Under the pieces are notes generated by a model, which was not told the DNA's origin, made no database searches, and saw nothing but the letters and a program-made list of their open reading frames with translations. A program made the translations under genes and the position numbers. A DNA stretch of 18,230 nt from a virus. Shown here one piece after another: positions 7,523 to 14,461 of this stretch. How positions within the stretch are numbered: the stretch's first letter is position 1; each line of letters begins with the position of its first letter. The stretch lies in the UHGV virus genome UHGV-1777858; one strand, given 5' to 3'.

Positions 7523-8618
7523 ACGGCTGCGTGATGAATCAATTGCTCATGCAGTCTGGATATCCCGCTATAGCACTGGCGTGGCTGCCAGAATGGTGAA
7601 AATACTGAATGACAGCGATGCGGAACTTACTGCTCGCCTGCTGATAGCACTGGACAGCCTCGATCCAGGTAGTTTTACCGTTAAGCGCCTGGAGTCACTT
7701 CTGGCGAGCGTCAGAGAGGTTAACCGCACTGCTATTAACAGCATGTTTACCAGTCTCTCCGGAGAGCTGAACGAGCTGGCAATTTATGAGGCTGGTTATC
7801 AGTTAAGTCTGTTTGATTCTATGCTACCTGATTTTGTTGCTGATGTTCACCCTCTGGTTGGTATCTCTCCTGATGCACTTTATGCCGCTGCAATGGCGCG
7901 ACCATTTCAGGGACGACTGCTCAGTGAGTGGGCCTCAGATCTTGAGGCGGATCGGCTCAGACGCATAACAAATACAGTGCGTCAGGGTTTTTTGCTGGGG
8001 GATACCAATGAGCAGATCGCAAGAAAAATTCGGGGACATGTCAGTAAGGGATTTCAGGATGGTGCATTGCAGATGAGCCGGGCTAATGCGGCCAGCATTG
8101 CAAAAACAGCGGTTGGACATCTTGCTGCTACTGCCCGTGAGAGTTTTGCCAGCGCGAATAATGATTTGATTAAGGGTAAGCAATGGTTATCAACGCTTGA
8201 TAATCGTACTACGCCACAATGTCGAATCAGGGATCGCCTCAAATATACGCTGAATAATAAACCTGTAGGTCACAGCGTGCCTTATTTGCAGGGGCCGGGA
8301 AAAATTCATTTCTGCTGCCGCTCAACGGAAACGTTCATTCTGAAATCAGCGAAGGAACTGGGTATTGATGTTCGCGATATTTCCCCGGCTGAGCGGGCCA
8401 GCATGGATGGCGTGGTGGCCGGAGATACAACCTACAGGGAATGGTTTTTGCGTCAGCCTTACACCAGACAAAAACAGATTGTGGGGGAAACCCGAGCAAA
8501 GCTGATTCGGGATGGTGGTATGTCGCCAGATGAATTTTACACCGATAAAGGCGAATGGCTGACGCTGAAGCAGCTCCGTGAGCGTGATGCACAGGTATTC
8601 AGAAAAGCAGGGATTTAA
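7503..8618 (+). CDS. Head morphogenesis protein (Mu F / SPP1 gp7-like minor head protein)
   Basis: 371 aa, overlaps the portal 3' end and lies between portal and scaffold. Sequence character (e.g. ...GISPDALYAAAMARPFQGRLLSEWASDLE...) is consistent with the Phage_Mu_F family, not verified. Confidence 0.75.
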   Translation: MMQTVNERLRDESIAHAVWISRYSTGVAARMVKILNDSDAELTARLLIALDSLDPGSFTVKRLESLLASVREVNRTAINSMFTSLSGELNELAIYEAGYQLSLFDSMLPDFVADVHPLVGISPDALYAAAMARPFQGRLLSEWASDLEADRLRRITNTVRQGFLLGDTNEQIARKIRGHVSKGFQDGALQMSRANAASIAKTAVGHLAATARESFASANNDLIKGKQWLSTLDNRTTPQCRIRDRLKYTLNNKPVGHSVPYLQGPGKIHFCCRSTETFILKSAKELGIDVRDISPAERASMDGVVAGDTTYREWFLRQPYTRQKQIVGETRAKLIRDGGMSPDEFYTDKGEWLTLKQLRERDAQVFRKAGI

Positions 8619-8637
8619 ATAAATCATTTATTACAAC

Positions 8638-8665
8638 AGGCTACCTTCGGGTGGCCTTTTTTATT
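8638..8665 (+). terminator. Rho-independent terminator (UUCG tetraloop) after the head morphogenesis gene
   Basis: AGGCTACC-TTCG-GGTGGCCT (8-bp stem with one G-U pair) followed by TTTTTTATT. Confidence 0.6.
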
Positions 8666-8722
8666 GCTGCGATCCGGATGGTGAGCAGCGTAACTGTCGG
8701 AAGACTTAAACCAGGTACTAAT

Positions 8723-8860
8723 ATGAAACTGAAAACGGTCGAGATTAACGGAAAACAATACGCAGAAATTGATACTGCTGGCCTGCCAGTTTATGTGCAC
8801 GACGATGGTAAAGAAATTGGCTTCGATGCACCGCTGGCGACAAAAAAAATTACAGAATAG
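8723..8860 (+). CDS. Scaffold-like protein, N-terminal fragment (frame ends just after an A8 tract)
   Basis: MKLKTVEINGKQYAEIDTAGLPVYVHDDGKEIGFDAPLATKKITE then stop. The reading frame continues in the +1 frame across the A8 run at 8842-8849 into the next ORF. Confidence 0.55.
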   Translation: MKLKTVEINGKQYAEIDTAGLPVYVHDDGKEIGFDAPLATKKITE

Positions 8861-9482
8861 CGAGGCAAAAAATCATCGCCTGGCTAAAGAAGCTGCAGAG
8901 GAAAAACTGGCTAAGTTTGCCGCTATCGAAGACCCGAAGAAGGCGATCGAGGCACTGGAAATGCTGTCAAAAATCGACCAGAAAAAGCTGCTCGATGCGG
9001 GACAGGTTGACCAGGTTAAGGCAGAAATTACGAAAAATTTTCAGCAGCAATTAGATGAAGAAAAGCAACGCTCTCAGATGCTGGAGAAGCAGCTTTACGA
9101 TTCTATGATTGGCGGTAGTTTTGCGGGTTCAAAATATATTGCCGATAAAATTGCGATCCCGGCAGATTTATTACAATCACGCTTCGGGCAGGCATTCAAA
9201 GTGGAAGAAGGGAGGATCGTTGCTTATGACGCTTCCGGCAACAAAATTTATTCCCGCGCGAAGCCTGGCGAACTGGCGCAGTTTGATGAGGCGCTGGAGT
9301 TCCTTGTCGAAAATTACCCTCAGAAAGACTACATCCTGAAAGCCAGTGGCAACAATGGCGGCGGCTCCCGTCCGACACAGCATGATATTGGTCAGAAAAC
9401 GATGAAACGCTCTGCTTTTGATGCACTGGATGTTGCAGGTAAGCAAAACGCATTGAAAGACGGTATCACAATCGTTGATTAA
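8826..9482 (+). CDS. Scaffold-like protein, main portion (coiled-coil-rich); likely the same gene as 8723-8860, disrupted by a frameshift
   Basis: Frame open from 8769. The product is rich in charged, helix-forming residues (AKEAAEEKLAKFAAIEDPKKAIEALEML...QQQLDEEKQRSQMLEKQLYD) and lies between the head morphogenesis and major capsid genes, the usual scaffold position. No convincing RBS for an independent start. Confidence 0.6.
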   Translation: MHRWRQKKLQNSEAKNHRLAKEAAEEKLAKFAAIEDPKKAIEALEMLSKIDQKKLLDAGQVDQVKAEITKNFQQQLDEEKQRSQMLEKQLYDSMIGGSFAGSKYIADKIAIPADLLQSRFGQAFKVEEGRIVAYDASGNKIYSRAKPGELAQFDEALEFLVENYPQKDYILKASGNNGGGSRPTQHDIGQKTMKRSAFDALDVAGKQNALKDGITIVD

Positions 9483-9580
9483 CACATTTGTCAGCTTCCG
9501 GATGGGAGCTGGTGTCAGGGCTGGATAGCTCATTACTCCATCTATTCACAATTACGCAAATTTTTAAGGAATATTTAATT

Positions 9581-10720
9581 ATGGCTGGAAATACCCTGAC
9601 CGGGTTGATCCCGACTATTTATACCGCCCTGGATGTTGTATCCCGTGAGCAGGTAGGTTTTATCCCTGCGGTAGCAAAAAACGCAAAAGCTGACGCCGCA
9701 GCAAAAGATCAGACGGTAACCGCGCCAGTTGCGCCTGAGGCGAAAACCGAAGATATCGTACCGGGGCCGTCAGCTCCGAATACCGGTGATCAAAATATTG
9801 GCACTGTTGATGTAAAAATTACTAAATCCAAAATGGCACCTGTTAAATGGAATGGTGAAGAACAACTGGCTCTTGGTCCTTCAGGGACTTACAACACCAT
9901 TCTGGCTGATCAGTTCAAGCAGGCTTTTCGCGCCCTTGCAAACGAGGTTGAGGCTGATCTTGGTGCGTTGTATTTCGGTGCTTCCCGCGCCGTGGGAACC
10001 GCAGGGACAACGCCGTTTGGTGTTAAAGATGATCTTTCTGATGCTGCTCTGGCTCGTCAGGTTCTGGAGGATAACGGCGCACCGACAACCGATCTGCAGA
10101 TGGTGCTTGGCTCCACTGCCATTGCTAATTTGCGCGGAAAACAGTCTGTATTGTTTAAAGTGAATGAATCCGGCACTGAACAGCTACTGCGTGAGGGCGT
10201 GTTGGGGCGTCTGGAGGGATTCAATATTCACAGTTCGGCAGGTGTGAAACGAGCGCCAAAGGTTGCTGCAACTGGTTATCTCGTGAATGGAGAGAAAAAA
10301 GAAGGCGATGTTCTTATTTCCATTGATACTGGTTCGGGGAGTATTTCTGCAGGTCAGATTGTTACGTTCGCTGGTGATCCGAATCAGTATGTTGTGGCAG
10401 CAGCGACCAGCAATCTGATTACTCTTGCAGCGCCCGGACTGCGTCAGGATCTGGCCGATGATACTGCCATCACAGTTGTTGGGGCCTTTACTGCAAATAT
10501 GGCGTTTGATCGCAACGCGTTTCTGCTGGCATCCCGTACTCCGGCAATGCCGGAAGGTGGCGATAATGCTGATGATGTAATGAATGTTACGGACCCGATT
10601 TCAGGGATTACGTTCCAGATTGCACTGTATCGTCAGTATCGCCAGGTGCGCTATGAAGTTGGACTGGCATGGGGTGTTTCATCAGTGAAGCCGGCACATG
10701 GTTGTCTGATTCTTGGTTAA
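9581..10720 (+). CDS. Major capsid protein (probable)
   Basis: 379 aa from ATG 9581 (SD AAGGA at 9566-9570; the ORF track starts at TTG 9488). Lies after the scaffold gene and is followed by a strong terminator, consistent with a highly expressed coat gene. Family not verified. Confidence 0.7.
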   Translation: MAGNTLTGLIPTIYTALDVVSREQVGFIPAVAKNAKADAAAKDQTVTAPVAPEAKTEDIVPGPSAPNTGDQNIGTVDVKITKSKMAPVKWNGEEQLALGPSGTYNTILADQFKQAFRALANEVEADLGALYFGASRAVGTAGTTPFGVKDDLSDAALARQVLEDNGAPTTDLQMVLGSTAIANLRGKQSVLFKVNESGTEQLLREGVLGRLEGFNIHSSAGVKRAPKVAATGYLVNGEKKEGDVLISIDTGSGSISAGQIVTFAGDPNQYVVAAATSNLITLAAPGLRQDLADDTAITVVGAFTANMAFDRNAFLLASRTPAMPEGGDNADDVMNVTDPISGITFQIALYRQYRQVRYEVGLAWGVSSVKPAHGCLILG

Positions 10721-10726
10721 ACATTC

Positions 10727-10750
10727 AAACGGGGCTTCGGCCCCATTTTT
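10727..10750 (+). terminator. Rho-independent terminator (UUCG tetraloop) after the major capsid gene
   Basis: GGGGC-TTCG-GCCCC at 10731-10744 (stem possibly extended by AAAC/ATTT) followed by ATTTTTAA. Confidence 0.65.
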
Positions 10751-10762
10751 AATGGGGGGCAT

Positions 10763-10939
10763 ATGGCCGGATTAACTAAAGAGCAAAGAGCACAGCGTGA
10801 AGCCGCACAAAAAACGCAAATTGAGTTAGTGGTTATGGTGACCGATTATCAGATGTTTCCCGGCGCACCAACTATCGCTAATGTTCATCCTGATGAAGTT
10901 GACAACTGGAAGGCTATGGGCTGGAAAACTCAGGAGTAA
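10763..10939 (+). CDS. Small hypothetical protein (58 aa), not in the supplied ORF track
   Basis: ATG 10763 is preceded by a G-rich SD-like run (GGGGGG); stop TAA at 10937-10939. Fills the otherwise non-coding gap between the capsid terminator and the connector gene. Product: MAGLTKEQRAQREAAQKTQIELVVMVTDYQMFPGAPTIANVHPDEVDNWKAMGWKTQE. Confidence 0.35.
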   Translation: MAGLTKEQRAQREAAQKTQIELVVMVTDYQMFPGAPTIANVHPDEVDNWKAMGWKTQE

Positions 10940-10942
10940 CAC

Positions 10943-11338
10943 ATGATCACTTACGTGACCTGTGATGACGTTGATAATGCGTTTGGGAACGCCTGGACGA
11001 GTGAGAACGCTAAAAATAAAGCTGTTTTAATGGCTAATGCCTGGCTTAATGGCTTCAACCTGAAAATTAACCCATCCCGTATTCCGGAAGAGGTAAAACT
11101 TGCGGGAGCATATGCAGCCAGAATTGCCTCATTTGGTAAGTTGTTTCAGCAGAAAAATGATTCTGGCGTTGTTATCAGTAAAGCCGTGTCGGCTGACGGG
11201 GTCAGTGTATCGAAATCATTTTCTGAGTTGCCAGCAAACAGCACTGCATTGCTTGAACCCGATTTACAGCTTGCGATAGCACTGCTGAAACCGTACGGAC
11301 TTAGTCGCTCACAAGTCAGGGTTGTGAGGGGGGGATAA
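10943..11338 (+). CDS. Head-tail connector / adaptor protein (putative)
   Basis: 131 aa with strong SD AGGAG 6 nt upstream. Position after the capsid gene; stop overlaps the next start (TAATG). Confidence 0.6.
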   Translation: MITYVTCDDVDNAFGNAWTSENAKNKAVLMANAWLNGFNLKINPSRIPEEVKLAGAYAARIASFGKLFQQKNDSGVVISKAVSADGVSVSKSFSELPANSTALLEPDLQLAIALLKPYGLSRSQVRVVRGG

Positions 11339-11721
11339 TGGGGCTTCGTGAAGAGATTCAGTCAGAGGTTGCCGCTGCTTTTGATGAGGATTTAGCGGAC
11401 GCCGTGAGTGATTTTTCTGGTTATTACGTTACGCACCGGCACTGGGATCCTGTGACGGAAACTGGCGGCGAATCCACCGCAATCTATACCGGGCGAGGCG
11501 TGTTGACACGTTATAAGCTGGGCAGAATTGATGGGATTAATATTTTGCATGGTGACCTTAAATTAACCGCTCTGGTATGCGAGGTTACGGATAAACCAGC
11601 TGTCGACCATATTATTGAGATTTATGATCCTGTATCAAGGCAGTTACAACGATACGAGGTAATTACAGCAAGTTTAGATCCTTCCGCATCAGTTTACTCT
11701 ATCCAGTTAAGGAGAGCGTAA
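11338..11721 (+). CDS. Head closure / head-tail joining protein (putative)
   Basis: 127 aa, SD GAGGGGGGG, coupled to the upstream gene via TAATG overlap. Assigned by synteny. Confidence 0.55.
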   Translation: MGLREEIQSEVAAAFDEDLADAVSDFSGYYVTHRHWDPVTETGGESTAIYTGRGVLTRYKLGRIDGINILHGDLKLTALVCEVTDKPAVDHIIEIYDPVSRQLQRYEVITASLDPSASVYSIQLRRA

Positions 11722-12102
11722 ATGGCAAAGGCATGGGATATAGAACCGTCAATATTTGCCGGGATGATTGAGGAAGATGTAGGGCTGAAGATTCGCTACA
11801 TCGCTATGCAGATTCTTACTGCTATTGATATTGCTGCTCCGGTTGATACCGGACGTTTCAGAAATAACAACCTGGTGTCGTTACAGCATCCCGATTTTGG
11901 TATATCTGATAACGTGGATCCGAACGGTACGATTGCTGTTCAGCGTGGGATCGGGGTTATTTCGAAAGCTGCAAATTACGGGGTTATTTATATCCAGAAT
12001 AACCTTCCTTATGCAGAGGCTCTTGAAAACGGTCATTCACAACAAGCGCCAACTGGCGTGTATGCCAACGCTTTTTATGGTGTTTTACAGGCTTACAAAT
12101 GA
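11722..12102 (+). CDS. HK97 gp10-family neck / tail-completion protein (putative)
   Basis: 126 aa with SD AAGGAGA. Contains PVDTGRFRNN, resembling the vDTGrLrns signature I associate with the HK97 gp10 family. Confidence 0.6.
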   Translation: MAKAWDIEPSIFAGMIEEDVGLKIRYIAMQILTAIDIAAPVDTGRFRNNNLVSLQHPDFGISDNVDPNGTIAVQRGIGVISKAANYGVIYIQNNLPYAEALENGHSQQAPTGVYANAFYGVLQAYK

Positions 12103-12491
12103 AGTTTACTGAAATCAGAAATACGGTTATTTCCAGAATGACGGCACAGACGATTATTGATGGAAAAGACGTATTGTATCCGAACGGGCCAACGTTCGAT
12201 CCTTCCGGTAAGTTAATCTGGGCGCGGTTAAGTAATATTCCCGGGCAGGCTGGGGTTAATGAAATTGGCGCGGGGCCGGTTGTTTATCGCACGGGGATAA
12301 TCATTATTCAGTTATTTGTCCCCGCAGGTTCTGGTTCAAAACTCATTACTGAGACAGCCGATAAATTGCGGGAACTGTTTGAGTTTCAGGATGACGATCG
12401 TCTCAGTTACCAGGCTGTTTCCTCAATAGCCGTCGGCGAAAAGAATGGCTGGTTCCAGCTTAATCTTCAAATTCCATATCGCGCGCTCTAG
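12099..12491 (+). CDS. Tail terminator / tail completion protein (gpU-like position)
   Basis: 130 aa with ATGA start/stop overlap with the upstream gene. Lies immediately before the major tail protein gene, as lambda U does. Assigned by synteny. Confidence 0.55.
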   Translation: MKFTEIRNTVISRMTAQTIIDGKDVLYPNGPTFDPSGKLIWARLSNIPGQAGVNEIGAGPVVYRTGIIIIQLFVPAGSGSKLITETADKLRELFEFQDDDRLSYQAVSSIAVGEKNGWFQLNLQIPYRAL

Positions 12492-12517
12492 CGCAATTAA
12501 TGACATAGGAGGCTTCT

Positions 12518-13480
12518 GTGAGTTCAGGTGCAAAGGTTATCTCGGCATTTATCCGGGAGACAGTTGCAGGCACTACGCCAGCAAGTGGTGACTGGAGTTT
12601 ATTAAAACGCACAAGCTGGGGAGTAAAACCCACCCAGAATAAAGGCGAAAATAATGAGATTGGTGGCTCCCGGATGGCTCAGGGGGCGACGCCTGGCACT
12701 GTGGATGTCGGCGGTGATGTTGGTACCAAATTTCGCTGGGGTCAACATGATGATTTTCTTGCATCCTGTTTCGGCGCGGAATGGTCAGGCGATTCTCTGA
12801 CAATGGGGAATGAGCGAATAACATTTTCTCTGGCGACCTATGCGTCCGATGTCGGAATTGCCTCTGTCGTCAGAGGAGCGCAGGTTGGCTCATGGAAAAT
12901 GCAGATCCCTAACGACGGCGATATTACAGCGACCGTAACCTTTGCCGGGCTGGGCTGGGAAACAAAGGCCGATGATACGAATTTTATCAAAGGCAAACCT
13001 GTGGATAGTGCAGGAAAGTTACGCTATTCGTTTAAGGAGGTTTCAGCAGTAAGCCTGAATGGTGTTGCCGGAGGTAACGGTTTTTGTATCGACAGTTTTG
13101 ATATTCAGTTCGATAACAAACTCCAGACACAGCGTTGTATCGGGACTGGCTCGCCTTATGCAGGAGCAAATATTCCGACTACTTTTACACCGTCCGGTAC
13201 GGTGACGCTTTCATGGTCTAAAGCCGCGTGGGAAATCTGGAGTAAAACACTGACTGGAGAAACAGTTCCGTTCAGCTTCACGCTTTCGAATGGAGAGGGG
13301 GCATACACTTTCAGTTTCCCGAAGGTTCAGGTGTCAGGTGAATGGCCTGATGGGGGTAATACTGACATTATCCAGGTTCAATTGAGCATTACCGCAGCAG
13401 ATGAAGCACCTACGATAACCAGAAAAAAATGCTCCCCGACTGCCGTGATCGCAAAAGCCAGTGCTGATGCGATTAGTTGA
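12518..13480 (+). CDS. Major tail (tube) protein, possibly with a C-terminal Ig-like extension
   Basis: 320 aa from GTG 12518 with a perfect SD (AGGAGG). Gly/Thr/Ser-rich composition typical of tail tube proteins; precedes the G/GT chaperone and tape measure genes. Confidence 0.7.
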   Translation: MSSGAKVISAFIRETVAGTTPASGDWSLLKRTSWGVKPTQNKGENNEIGGSRMAQGATPGTVDVGGDVGTKFRWGQHDDFLASCFGAEWSGDSLTMGNERITFSLATYASDVGIASVVRGAQVGSWKMQIPNDGDITATVTFAGLGWETKADDTNFIKGKPVDSAGKLRYSFKEVSAVSLNGVAGGNGFCIDSFDIQFDNKLQTQRCIGTGSPYAGANIPTTFTPSGTVTLSWSKAAWEIWSKTLTGETVPFSFTLSNGEGAYTFSFPKVQVSGEWPDGGNTDIIQVQLSITAADEAPTITRKKCSPTAVIAKASADAIS

Positions 13481-13490
13481 TTTTCCGTTA

Positions 13491-13517
13491 TTCCCCCTGT
13501 GGTACTGCACTACAGGG
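13491..13517 (+). other. Stem-loop without U-tract between major tail and chaperone genes
   Basis: CCCCCTGT (13491-13498) and ACAGGGGG (13510-13517) form an 8-bp GC-rich stem with an 11-nt loop. The 3' arm overlaps the SD-like AGGGGG of the downstream gene. Confidence 0.35.
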
Positions 13518-13528
13518 GGACGCATTGA

Positions 13529-13990
13529 ATGAGGTTATGGATGTTTATTCTTAATCAGAAAATTATCATCGGTGGAGAACGCTGGTTTACGCCAATGAAG
13601 GACTTAAAACCTGTAGACGGGTTAAAACTGTTGGTGGCAAGCAGCGATAACGATCAGTATCGCTCCCGTAATGCATTAATCCGTCGTCACATTGAGAAAA
13701 TGGATGCCAGTTTGCACGTCGGAACGAAGGAGTTTGATATTTCAAAGGTTTCCGAGGTAGATTCTGTTGATGATTTACTCATTGATAATGCTGCTCGTTA
13801 TCTGCTGAAAGACTGGAAAGGGGTTGGTGAACTGGTTAATGGTGCTGAGGTTGCACTGGAATATACGCCAGAACGAGGGATCGCGCTGCTTAAGCAGAAT
13901 CCAGAGTTGTACTGGCAGATCCTTGCAGAAGCAGCCAGCATCGCCCAGGGTAAAGAGCAGCAGAAGCAGGATACGATAAAAAAGCCATAG
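13529..13990 (+). CDS. Tail assembly chaperone (lambda gpG-like)
   Basis: 153-aa ORF (alternative start ATG 13595, MKDLKPVDG...) directly upstream of the tape measure gene. Its last codons contain the slippery heptamer A_AAA_AAG, and the -1 frame is open for a further ~105 codons. Confidence 0.7.
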   Translation: MRLWMFILNQKIIIGGERWFTPMKDLKPVDGLKLLVASSDNDQYRSRNALIRRHIEKMDASLHVGTKEFDISKVSEVDSVDDLLIDNAARYLLKDWKGVGELVNGAEVALEYTPERGIALLKQNPELYWQILAEAASIAQGKEQQKQDTIKKP

Positions 13991-14298
13991 CCGCCCAGCG
14001 GTGGTTATCGGAGTTCGGGGGAGAAAGGGGGGAAAAGGCAAGATGGAAGCGAGAAAAACTCAGGTTGCCACCGATACCGGAACCAGAAATAGACCCGGTG
14101 CTTAAGGAATTGTTGTACGCCTATTCGGTAATATCCCGTGCCCGACGTTATGCTGGAATGACCGGGGTGCCTTTGCCTTTATCTCTGACAGAGATAAATG
14201 AATATTTAGCCACTCATCCGGTATTGATTGAGCGCGATGAGTTTGAAGCAGTGATCTTTGCACTGGATGACCAGTATTTTCAGGATCAGTGTGTGTAG
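13529..14298 (+). CDS. Tail assembly chaperone G-T fusion product (via -1 frameshift at 13978-13984)
   Basis: The -1 frame is open from the slippery site to 14298. The G/GT frameshift directly upstream of the tape measure gene is conserved among long-tailed phages. Confidence 0.55.
13978..13984 (+). promoter_or_regulatory. Programmed -1 ribosomal frameshift site (slippery heptamer A_AAA_AAG) for a G-T fusion
   Basis: G-frame codons are ATA AAA AAG CCA TAG. After a -1 slip the frame reads GCC ATA GCC GCC CAG ... and stays open to TAG at 14296-14298 (the ORF track shows this frame as 14065-14298). Confidence 0.6.
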
Positions 14299-14421
14299 TT
14301 GTTAATTACGTACACTCTGTTACAGAGATGTGATGGTGTCTTTAATTAAATCGATGATGCTCCTGGAGAAAAGCATTGCGTGGCCTCGTAATCGCTATAT
14401 CTACTATTATGTCGCCTGAAA

Positions 14422-14445
14422 CCCACTTCGGTGGGCTTTTTGTTG
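14422..14445 (+). terminator. Terminator-like UUCG-tetraloop hairpin in the G/T to tape-measure intergenic region
   Basis: CCCAC-TTCG-GTGGG followed by CTTTTTGTTG. The stem is short (5 bp), so it may act as a partial terminator or attenuator. Confidence 0.4.
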
Positions 14446-14461
14446 TCTGGAGTTTTAATAA

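Noticed and set aside
14333-14419. 28-codon micro-ORF in the G/T to tape-measure spacer
   Set aside because: No convincing RBS, very short, and directly followed by a stop in an otherwise structured non-coding region; mentioned only within the spacer finding.
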